Shown in pieces: positions 20,934 through 29,696 of a DNA stretch of 64,000 nucleotides (its first letter is position 1; each line of letters begins with the position of its first letter). Location: contig CAXWPH010000014.1 in the NCBI GenBank assembly GCA_963666055.2, positions 192,001 to 256,000 on the forward strand. The letters are read 5' to 3'. A program made the translations under genes and the position numbers. Below the pieces are notes generated by a model. That model was not told the DNA's origin, did no database searches, and saw only the letters and a program-made list of their open reading frames with translations. The DNA comes from Acidobacteriota bacterium. Its GTDB lineage: Bacteria > Acidobacteriota > UBA890 > WLXD01.

Positions 20934-22073
20934 TCATTCGGTTATCAGGCGACGTCCACGACGCTCCAGAATGGTGAACAGCGTGAGGATGAGCACAGCT
21001 TGCAGCAGCAGGGCTAGCGCGCCCACTGTGTCGGACCTCCGTACCGCCAGGGCGGCAAGCCCCAGGCAGACGTTGACGAGGAGGATGAAGACGACCGTCA
21101 CGGCACGATTTCCGAGAACAGCCTGCAATCGGTGATGGAAGTGGTCTTTTCCGCTGTAGTGGATCCACTCGTAGAAGGTCGTGACCTCGCCGCTGGTAAT
21201 TCGGGTCACGGTGATGTGGATCATGTCGTAGATGAGGATGCCGAATATGAGCAGCGGGTTGCTGATCGCCACCACAGGGTTTGCATCGCCCCAGTACCCC
21301 ATCAGCGCGATGCTGGCGAGAACGAAGCCCAGGAAGTTGCTCCCGGCGTCGCCCAGAAAGATGGTCGCCCGTTGGCCGGGCCGGAAATTGAATGGAAAGA
21401 ACCCGACGCAGCTTCCGACGACGGCCGCCGCGGCCCATCCCAGAGCGGGCTGGCCGGTCTGGTAGGCGACGGTCCCGGTGAATAGCCCGATCAATCCTGC
21501 CAGCCCGGGCCCCAGGCCGTCCATGCCATCGAGAAAGTTGAGCGCGTTGAGGATCCCCAGGATCCACAGGAAGCTGACGATCGCGTTGATGGTCTCGCCC
21601 AGGGGGCTGGTCCCGAACACCGTCGCCCTGGCGCCGGCAGCAACGCCCGCCACGGCCGCCAACATGAACACCGCGAGCTTGAGCCGCGTGCCCACCGGAC
21701 GAAGGTCGTCGGCGAGGGAGAAGAGGAAAACTCCGCTGGCGACGATCAGCGTCCTTGCCAGCCCCGGCGGCCACACCCCGTTGGCAACGATCGACGCCAC
21801 CACCCCCACATAGACCGCCACCCCGCCGAGGAGGGCGGTGGGGGCAGCGTGGATCTTCCGACCATCCGGCCCGTCCGGAATATCGAGGGCGCCCGCGACA
21901 TGGGCCAGTCGCCGCACCCACGGTGTGAGCAAGGCGGTGATCGAGAAGCTCAAGAACAGCACGTAGAGCCATCGGTTGCCGGGATCGAAGAACAGTCGGC
22001 GGACGGTCGGCAGCAGCAGCGCCACCACGAGCATGAGGAGTGTGGCGGAGCGCCACCCGGCGGCCTGAGTCAC
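20934..22073 (-). CDS. Undecaprenyl-phosphate sugar-1-phosphate transferase (WecA/MraY family)
   Basis: RKIHAAPTALLGGVA, LADD, NALNFLDGMDGL, FNF....IFLGDAGS, KDHFHHRL. Confidence 0.9.
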   Translation of the reverse strand: MTQAAGWRSATLLMLVVALLLPTVRRLFFDPGNRWLYVLFLSFSITALLTPWVRRLAHVAGALDIPDGPDGRKIHAAPTALLGGVAVYVGVVASIVANGVWPPGLARTLIVASGVFLFSLADDLRPVGTRLKLAVFMLAAVAGVAAGARATVFGTSPLGETINAIVSFLWILGILNALNFLDGMDGLGPGLAGLIGLFTGTVAYQTGQPALGWAAAAVVGSCVGFFPFNFRPGQRATIFLGDAGSNFLGFVLASIALMGYWGDANPVVAISNPLLIFGILIYDMIHITVTRITSGEVTTFYEWIHYSGKDHFHHRLQAVLGNRAVTVVFILLVNVCLGLAALAVRRSDTVGALALLLQAVLILTLFTILERRGRRLITE

Positions 22074-23284
22074 GAATCTTCCGCACCGTGCGATGCCGAG
22101 ATGCGGTTGCCTCGCACGGCGCGACGGAAGCGGTCCACGACCATTCCGGCCTCCTCGTCGGTCAGTGCCGGGAACAACGGGATCGAACAGGCATGCTCCC
22201 AGGCCCACCGACAGCCCGGCAGCGATTCGAGCCGCTCGCGCACCGCTTCCGGCAACCAGCCGACCGGCCGGCGGCAGGCAAGCCCGAGGGCTTCGGTGCG
22301 CTGCAGTACCCCGGTGAGGTCGGTGTCGATCGTCACCACGAATCGATAGTACTGATGCGTGCGATCAGCCGGCTGCGCCGGCAGCGTGATGGGCAGATCG
22401 GCGAGGTCCTCCCGGAAACGGGCGGCGAGCGCCTGGCGCCGTTGCAGCAGCTCCGGCAGCCGGCGCAACTGGGCGAGCGCCACCGCCGCCTGCAGGTCGG
22501 TCATCTTGAAGTTGAAGCCACCAATCGAGCTTGCGCCGTGCGAGCTCGGGTCTGGCGCACTTGCGGTCGGCTCGACAGCCTGGCTGTCGCAGTCCCGGGC
22601 GCCGGCGGCATCGGGTTCGTAGTTACGGTCGCCGGCGACGCGCGCCAGGAGCTCACGGGCGGAGCTAAGCACCATGCCACCCTCACCGGCGCCCAGCAGC
22701 TTGGTAGCGTAGAACGAACAAACGGACGCCTGTCCGAAAGCTCCCACCGGTCGGCCACGGTACTCGGCGGCCAGCGTCTGTGCACAGTCTTCGATGACCG
22801 GCGGACCGAGCGCTAGCAGCGGTTCCAGATCTGCGGGTAGGCCGAACAGGTGCGGGACGATGATGGCCCCGCATCTCGAGGTCAGACGCCGCCCCGCGTC
22901 CGCCGGGTCCATATTCCAGGTTTGGGTGTCGCAATCGACGAAGCACGGCGTTGCCCCAGCGTGGCGGACCGCCTGCAACACAGCTGCACAAACGTACCCC
23001 GGAAGCAGGACCTCATCGCCTGGTCCCACGCCGAGCGCTCGCAGCGCCAGGTAGAGCGCGGCGGTGGCCGAGCTCACCGCTACCGCCCCGAGAGAGCCCG
23101 GCGGGGCTGTGCCCACCGTCGCCGCCATGGCGCTCTCGAGCTCCGCGACCCGTGGTCCCTGGGCGAGCCAACCCGAGCGAACGACCTCCTGCAGGGCGGT
23201 TTCCTCGGCGCTACCGATGGACAGGCGTGAGTGCGGGATCTCCTGCCCGGACGCGGCGCAGGGGGCCGTGCTCGGAGACTCCAT
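22070..23284 (-). CDS. DegT/DnrJ/EryC1/StrS sugar aminotransferase
   Basis: SGWLAQGPRV, VSSATAAL, IEDCAQ, SFYATKLL..GEGGM, FNFKMTDLQAA. Confidence 0.9.
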   Translation of the reverse strand: MESPSTAPCAASGQEIPHSRLSIGSAEETALQEVVRSGWLAQGPRVAELESAMAATVGTAPPGSLGAVAVSSATAALYLALRALGVGPGDEVLLPGYVCAAVLQAVRHAGATPCFVDCDTQTWNMDPADAGRRLTSRCGAIIVPHLFGLPADLEPLLALGPPVIEDCAQTLAAEYRGRPVGAFGQASVCSFYATKLLGAGEGGMVLSSARELLARVAGDRNYEPDAAGARDCDSQAVEPTASAPDPSSHGASSIGGFNFKMTDLQAAVALAQLRRLPELLQRRQALAARFREDLADLPITLPAQPADRTHQYYRFVVTIDTDLTGVLQRTEALGLACRRPVGWLPEAVRERLESLPGCRWAWEHACSIPLFPALTDEEAGMVVDRFRRAVRGNRISASHGAEDS

Positions 23285-23301
23285 GTTCCGGGCGGACAAC
23301 C

Positions 23302-23929
23302 TCAATGTCCCTCGTCGATGTTGATGAACAACCGCAAGGGCACGAACCCTTCGGCGTTGGTGACGCGCGCCTGCACTCCGCGGAAGTGGGCGGCGGCACG
23401 GCTCACGTCGGCGATGCTCAGATCCTGGATGTTCGTTCTCGAGACTTGCGAGCCGTGCGCCCCCAGCGCGTCCACCTTGCGCTCCAGGACCTCGTGGATA
23501 TCGACGAACACGGTGGGCGAGAAGTTCTGGGTCGTGGGGCCTTCGTAGAACAAGACGTTGCGGGTGTATCGCGTCGCGGTAATCGTCGCCGTCGCCAGAT
23601 TCCGGTGATCCTGGTGGGTGTCGTCCGGCGAGTGAACGAAGATGAACACCGGATCGATCTCGGCGATGACGTTCTCCAGGCGTCGGATCAGGGCACGATC
23701 GAGAGGGACCTCGGTGTCCTTGTAGCCCCCCCAGTAGCAATGCTCGCAGCCCATGAGTGCTAGCGAGGCCTCTTGCTCCTTTCGCCTCAGGTCGGGGTCG
23801 CCGCCGGCCTCCCCGCTGGTCATTATCATGACGTGGATCTGATGCCCGGCCTGGGCGTACTTGATGAGCGCCCCCCCCACAACCGAACTCGATATCGTCG
23901 GGATGCGAACCCAGGGCCAGGATTCTCAT
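23302..23929 (-). pseudogene. PIG-L family deacetylase, frameshifted at a G8 tract
   Basis: MRILALGSHPDDIEFGCGG, then a frame change to ALIKY..RRKEQ..DTHQDH. One G fewer at 23871-23878 restores the frame. Confidence 0.85.
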
Positions 23930-24598
23930 CTCACACTCCTGGTCGGCTGGCCCGCCACCGGCCGCGCTGATGATCGCTCTGAGGCTGCCGGAATCCCCGG
24001 GTGCGCGGCAACCCCCGTGGATCTGAGAACGGAGAGGCTCTCCCGGCCGCAGTTAAGCAAGAGATCTACGATCGACAGGTGGGGCTCGAAGCCTCCGAAA
24101 CACTGCGGGTACACAGGATGACCGTACTCCTGGAAGCGCACCTCGATGCCCACCGCTTCGAAGGCAGCAACGTCCATGTACTGACGCCCGCCGGCGCCGG
24201 CCAGGTAGACGTCGGCCTCGAGCGCCAGGCAAAGGCCGACCAGCCGGCCCGTACGTCCGCTATCCGTGTCGATCGTCGATGAGAGAAAGATCGGTGTGTC
24301 GAGGCCGAGATCCTCGGCGATCGTATGGATGAGGTCGATGTTGAGCGGCGCAAGATGCGTGTGCCCATTGCCCAAGGCCGCCTCGATCAACGGCAAATAG
24401 ACATCGCGATGCGGCGCTCGCGCGTAGCTGAGCTGCAGCGCCCGGAGGTGCTTGCGCTGCCACGCGGAGCGCCGGTCGATCTCGACTTCCACGATCGACG
24501 CCGGGTAACGGTGGCGCACCGGGACGGTCAGCCACTGCCAGCCCTCATGGGTCCTGATGCGGTTGCGATTCTGCCATTCGTTCTTCTTGAACTGGACG
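23926..24598 (-). pseudogene. WbqC-family protein, 5'-truncated
   Basis: Frame reads VQFKKNEWQNRNRIRTHEGWQWLTVPV...YLAGAGGRQY..HPVYPQ..LSIVDLLLNCG but lacks the N-terminal HQP-x-Y-LPW segment. Confidence 0.82.
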
Positions 24599-26381
24599 GC
24601 AACACGAACAGGTTGTCGAGCCCTGGGGTCAGCAACACGCCGTCCATACCGAGATCGCCGAGGACGATATCCGTGATTCTCTGCACGGCATCCGCCAGCG
24701 GCATACCCATGGAGAGAACGTTGATCAGGCCGCGATCGTTATCGAGCCCGAAGCATTTCTCGACGTTCGGTCGTCGGAGGTCGGCACCCACCACCAAGGT
24801 CTTGTGACCCATCTGAGCAAAGACAACTGCGAGGTTCGCCACCGTCGCGCTCTTACCCTCGCCGAGGACAGCGCTGGTCACCACAATGATCTTGCCCTCG
24901 TCGTTCGGGAGCTTCTCTCGGATCGTCGTTCGGATCGCCCGGTACGCCTCTGCAACGGGACCATTCGGATCGGAGTGCGCCACCAACGAGGCGAGCTCCG
25001 GGAAGTTGCGGGAGCCGGCGCCGGCGCGCGGAACCACCTCGGCCAACCGCTTTCGGCTCGTCTGCAAGTCAAACGGCGGAATCACTCCGATGACCGGGAC
25101 CTCGAGGAGGCTCTCGACCTCCTCGATGGCGCCGAGCGAGGTATCGAGGCTCTCGGCGATCAGGGCGACGACTGCGCCCATGAGCAGCCCGAGCGCCAGT
25201 GCCACCAGGACCTTTATGCGCCGGCCCGTCCTCGCGGTGCCACTCGCCAGGACCGGGCGCTCCACTACGCTGACTTCCGGCACTGTTCCGGCCTCTCGAA
25301 TGCTGGCTCGCTGATCCTCGGCGTTGAGCAACAGGTACATCTGCTCGTTGACCTCTACCTCGCGCTCCATACGGCCGCGCTGGACGTCGTGGGATGGGAG
25401 CGCTCGCAGCTTGCCATCGAGTCGGTCTCGATCGGCAATCAGACGGGCGCGGACGCCGACGAGCTCCGCCCTGAGGACGGATAGCGAGACGCTGAGTTTC
25501 TGGTCCAGTCTTTGTACCTCCGGCGAGCGCAGCGTCTGGTAGAGGAGCAGCTGCTCGCGCTCTTGCCGCAAGCGCAGCAGCGCGTCCAGCAAGCTCTGGA
25601 CACCGGGTTCCCGCAGCGACAGGCGTGACAGAAAGCCGAGCCTCATTACGGAGGACGGATCGAGGTTGTCGTCGATGAGGTCGATCTGCACCCCGATCGC
25701 CGTGATGTCCGTCTCCACACCTTCCAGTTCCTCCTGCGTCTGTGCGTGCTCGCCCGAGGAGAGGCTGACCGTTGCCGCGTTCTCGAGGTTGAAGGCAGAC
25801 AGGGCGTCCTCGGCCTGCTTGAGGGCCTGCCGGTAGTGCTCGAGCTGCTGGGCGATGTGCCGGCGGCTCTCGATCACCTCCTGGTTGAGCCGGTAGGTGT
25901 GCTGTTCGACATAAACATCCATGACGGTGTTGACGATGCTAACAACCTCGTCAGGGTCGTCGCGCTCCGCGGTAACCGCCAGCAAGCTCGTCCACTGCAC
26001 AGGCTCCGCTGCGACCGACGAGCTGAGATCCATCAGCACGCGGAAGTAGGACCTGTTCTCGAGAATTGCCTCGTCGCTCGCCGTCTCCGGGATCCGTCCC
26101 AGACGTCTGCCCACCTCCTTCATGACGTCCTGGCCAGTGACGATCTCGGCCTGGGTTTGGAGATAGTTGCCAAGCTCGTAGGAGCGCGACCCGACGAGCC
26201 CGGACTCGGTCGTCGGGGTCCTCTTGGACACCTGGATTCGCCCCCACGCCTGGAAGCTGGGCTCGGGCACGGGAATCAGCGAATAGGCTATCAACCCGGC
26301 CAGAATCGGCAGGCACACGATGATCCAGAAGCGCTTGCGGAAGATCCGGATGTAGTCCTGAATCGTCAGATCGTAATGCAT
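24528..26381 (-). pseudogene. Wzc/GumC polysaccharide chain-length tyrosine kinase, 3'-truncated
   Basis: Wzz N-terminus, coiled coils, AEAYRAIRT, TSAVLGEGKS, ADLRRP. Homology stops at NLFVLPS; no Walker B or Tyr-rich tail. Confidence 0.85.
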
Positions 26382-26403
26382 CGTTCGTCCCTCCTCGGGA
26401 CGC

Positions 26404-27478
26404 TCAGCGGACCAGTTGCACGAGGATTGCGATCTCCACGAGCGTGCGGAGCGCCGGGAAGATCTTTTCGAGGAACTTCCCGACTCCTCCCTTGCGCTCG
26501 ACGACGATGAGGTCCCGCGCGTTCAGGCGCAGGTCGCGACCGAAGTCACCCTGCGCCAGGATCGCCTGGACGTCCACCGGGAGGAGCTTCGCCTTGGCCC
26601 CCGTGGCATCGTGGCGCGCGACATAGGTCTTCTTGGGGTCCGCATCCTTGGTGAAGCTCCCGGCCATGGCCAGGGCATCCATCACGGTGAGCCCCTCGTG
26701 GAAGCGAAACGCTCCGGGGTTCGCGACCTCGCCGAGCACGAAGATGCGCCCGCCGCCCACCGAGTGCGGCGGCAGGTACACCACGTCCCCGTCATCGAGA
26801 ACGGGGTTGTTCCCAACGTGCCCCTTCAGCAGGGCAGCCGACAGGTCGAGGGTGGTCGGCTGGCCGTCACGGATGAGCTGTACCGCCGAGAGATTGGCCT
26901 CGGCCGTGGCCCCGCCGTGGTCGAGAATGAACTCGATTAGGGTCGTCCTGCCCTTCAGCGCATACTCACCGGCGCCTCCGCCTGCCGGCATCTGGCGAGT
27001 TGCGAGGACCTCGCCGAGCAGTGATGCGGTCCACGCACGGTACTCCTCGACCTCGATCTCGACGTAGGCCGACGGGGCAAACTCGCGCAGCCGAGTCATG
27101 AGGGTTTCGCCGACCTGTGTCGGCGAGCTGTGGGCGACCTCCACTCGGCCCATGTCAAACAGTGCCAGGAAGATCGACCCATCCGGCTTCACCCGCGCCC
27201 TGACGATGACGGGCTCAGGGCCGACGAAGATCGTCGCCTCCAAGAGATCTCCCACACCGATGCGGTACTCGGAGAATCCGCTGACGGTCGTGAAGGTGGA
27301 ATTCTCGACCGGATTCGGCGCACCGATGACCGGAGCGCGATCCGCGCGCGTGACCTCCTCGCGCGGCTGAACCATCGAGGGTTCGAGGGGCGCTTGCCGC
27401 ACCGTCGGCTGCGATGGTCCCGGACCCGATTGCACCGGCGACGGCGACGGCTCTACGATCGACGGCGCCAGTGGCGGC
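26404..27478 (-). CDS. Wza-like polysaccharide export protein with SLBB domains (5' end lost; possible internal ATG at 27375)
   Basis: EYRIGVGDLL, VKPDGSI, LLGEV, LDDGDVVYLP, IFVLGEVANPG, DALAMAGSF; no signal peptide. Confidence 0.8.
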
Positions 27479-27748
27479 GTTTTTCGCGGGGTCGAGTCCG
27501 AGCCTAACGCTGCGGAGGATCTCCTTGGCTTGCTCTCGCGCCTCTGCCAACGAAAGCAGCGATGCGTCCCCCAAGGTGACGCGCGGCCGCTTGCTCTTGC
27601 ACCAATACGACACGCTGTAGGAACGACGGCCGGATGCGCTCCCGCGCAGCACAAGGTCGGGGACGACGGTGTCTTGGTAGTCGACGCGTCCTTGCGTCGG
27701 TGGTGCGATACCTTTGATTCCTTGATGTGAGAGTTTGATTCTAGGCAT
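27478..27748 (-). pseudogene. Tyrosine integrase N-terminal arm-type DNA-binding domain remnant (P4-like, DUF4102-like)
   Basis: MPRIKLS..DTVVPDLVLR..SGRRSY..Y..KRPRVTLG..LSLAEAREQAKEIL..GLDP; no catalytic domain follows. Confidence 0.8.
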
Positions 27749-27915
27749 GTGCTGGTTTTCCGTGGTCTGGGGGTCCGTTGGGGCTTGGTTTTGAGCGCTA
27801 CTCTCTGCAACAAGATGATACCAACCGCTACACCGTAAATTCACGTAACTCGTTTTTAATCAGTAGTTTACGGTTTCAACTTGTTGCAGAGCGTTGCAGA
27901 CGGTAGCGCTTGAAT

Positions 27916-27932
27916 CCGACGACATGTCAGCA
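27916..27932. repeat. attR-like 17-bp direct repeat CCGACGACATGTCAGCA
   Basis: Identical to 18024-18040; about 170 bp upstream of the integrase remnant. Confidence 0.85.
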
Positions 27933-27959
27933 TCACTCGACTCCGCCGGTTGGCGGTTC

Positions 27960-27988
27960 TTGACAGCTTTTCGGCACCGGCCTATCGT
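27960..27988 (+). promoter_or_regulatory. Sigma70-type promoter for the CDP-alcohol phosphatidyltransferase gene
   Basis: TTGACA-N17-TATCGT about 100 nt upstream of ATG 28090. Confidence 0.55.
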
Positions 27989-28089
27989 AGCCGCGCTTTG
28001 CGGGGACGACGGCATATCGAGGGTAAGAACAGCGCTCGATCCGTGCACAGAACCCGACCGACCGACGATCCGCGACGCACTGGGATGAC

Positions 28090-28827
28090 ATGATCAGCGA
28101 GAGACTCGGACGCGGCGGGACGGTGCTCAAGGACGCTGTCGCGGCGGTCATCGGGGGGCTAGGAATCCCCCCGAACGTGCTCACGCTCTCGTCGCTGATC
28201 CCGATGATGATCGCTGCATGGAGCCTGGCGCAGGGTCGGCCATTCGCCGCTGCCGGGTGGATTGTTCTCGGTGGCGCGCTAGACCTTATCGACGGGGCGG
28301 TGGCACGCGCCTACGGTACGACGACCGAGTTCGGTGCGGTGCTCGACTCGGTGGTAGATCGAGCCTCGGACACGCTCGTTCACATCGGCGTCGTCTATCA
28401 CTTCCACACCCTGGGCGAGCCGCTCTACGTCGTGCTCAGCGCTGTATCGTTGGGCGGCTCCTTGGGCGTGTCCTATACGCGTGCGCGGGCCGAGAACGTG
28501 ATCCCGGAGTGCCGCGTCGGGTTCACCGAGCGCGGCGAGCGACTCGTGCTCTTGATGCTGGGGCTGTTCGCTGGACGTCTTGCGCAGGCGGTGACGCTGC
28601 TCGCCTTCCTGGCGTGGCTGACCACCGTGCAGCGCTTGCTGCACGCGTACCGCATTCTGCGGCGACGGCGCTGCGATCCCGACCAGGGTGCGCCACTGCC
28701 TCAAGGGCTCGAAGCGTGGGGAACCGTGGGGCGCTGGCTGTTCCTGAACTGGCCGCGCGGGTCGTGGCAGTACGACCTGGTCTGCGCCGCGATCATCGCC
28801 GCGTTGCTCGCGTTGCCGGGCGTCTAG
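28090..28827 (+). CDS. CDP-alcohol phosphatidyltransferase (PgsA/PIP synthase family)
   Basis: PNVLT, DLIDGAVARAYG..TEFGAVLDSVVDR, SYTRARAE, ERGER. Confidence 0.92.
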   Translation: MISERLGRGGTVLKDAVAAVIGGLGIPPNVLTLSSLIPMMIAAWSLAQGRPFAAAGWIVLGGALDLIDGAVARAYGTTTEFGAVLDSVVDRASDTLVHIGVVYHFHTLGEPLYVVLSAVSLGGSLGVSYTRARAENVIPECRVGFTERGERLVLLMLGLFAGRLAQAVTLLAFLAWLTTVQRLLHAYRILRRRRCDPDQGAPLPQGLEAWGTVGRWLFLNWPRGSWQYDLVCAAIIAALLALPGV

Positions 28828-28848
28828 TGTCCTGACTCAGGACACTAG
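28824..28848. repeat. Perfect palindrome CTAGTGTCCTGA-C-TCAGGACACTAG (family B mini-element) between convergent stops
   Basis: 12-bp arms with a 1-nt spacer and CTAG at both ends. Confidence 0.8.
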
Positions 28849-29696
28849 CAGGCCGTGGTGGAGGCGTTGTGGGGCTGGTTAAGGCACGCGAGTCGGAAGG
28901 CCTGCCGATCGACCGAGGGCTCGATCTCCACGGCGCCGATAGTCAACTCGAGGACCGCACGGTGCTGCGGCCAGCTTAGCTGCAAGTGCCCACTGGGGGG
29001 CCCCCGGCGCGGATCCCATCCGTCATAGGTGGTGATCAGACGAAGTGACCCGGTGTCGTCGAACCGCTCGATGCGTTGGATCTGCTGGGAAGAGGGATCG
29101 AAGACGATGCGTCGAAGCAGCCGTACAGGGTCCGTCGCCATCAACATCAGCGCCACCTCACCTGGACGTCGCTCAACGACCGGCGACGCCCCGCCTGCGG
29201 AAACCGCTGACACGACTTGTGGCAACAGCGCATCGGCGATATCAAGCGGTGCCAGCACCAGATGCGGCCGCGATCGACCGCTGGAAGGCAGGCGAAGCGC
29301 GTCGTGCACCTCGGGCTCGGCAGCGCTGCCGAGTCGGAGCTCCAGCATGCGACCGTCGCTGGCCATCACGACGTCGCCCCCAGACCCCGTCAGACGAGCG
29401 GCGAATGCGCCGCTTCGCGCTACCAGCAGCGTTCCCTCGAGGCTGACGCAACGATCTCGGTGACAGGCGCCGATCCTCGCTTGGAGCCGTATTAGACGGG
29501 CGCGAAAGCTGCTGGCAATCTCCGCCAGCTGCTCTGCGGTCGACTCAGCAAACGGCGTTGCTGCCGATGGCGGTATCGTTGTCGGCGGCGACGCGCTGCC
29601 TCCACAGGCAGCCACTCCAACGACCAAGAGCAACGATGCGATCCACCGCGCCTGCAGGAGCCCACGCGGCCTGCTAGTAGCGCCGGCGAACAACAA
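28845..29696 (-). CDS. Putative lipoprotein (possibly LolA/LolB/DUF4292-like fold; start uncertain)
   Basis: Signal peptide and lipobox LLLVVGVAAC; beta-rich C-terminal region; downstream of lolA-ispB. Confidence 0.55.
   Translation of the reverse strand: MLFAGATSRPRGLLQARWIASLLLVVGVAACGGSASPPTTIPPSAATPFAESTAEQLAEIASSFRARLIRLQARIGACHRDRCVSLEGTLLVARSGAFAARLTGSGGDVVMASDGRMLELRLGSAAEPEVHDALRLPSSGRSRPHLVLAPLDIADALLPQVVSAVSAGGASPVVERRPGEVALMLMATDPVRLLRRIVFDPSSQQIQRIERFDDTGSLRLITTYDGWDPRRGPPSGHLQLSWPQHRAVLELTIGAVEIEPSVDRQAFRLACLNQPHNASTTAC

Larger units (their letters stand above)
18041..27932. mobile_element. Decayed integrative genomic island (~9.9 kb)
   Basis: Flanked by perfect 17-bp direct repeats; tyrosine-integrase arm-domain remnant just inside the right end; cargo of RiPP-like and polysaccharide genes with internal deletions. 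Confidence 0.82.

Noticed and set aside
22070-23929. 619-aa PIG-L/DegT fusion ORF
   Set aside because: Artefact of the G8 frameshift; PIG-L has its own stop at 23302 and DegT its own start at 23284
27750-28089. tRNA or tmRNA target next to the integrase remnant
   Set aside because: No cloverleaf or T-loop motif; the 17-bp repeat at the kinase start explains the boundary
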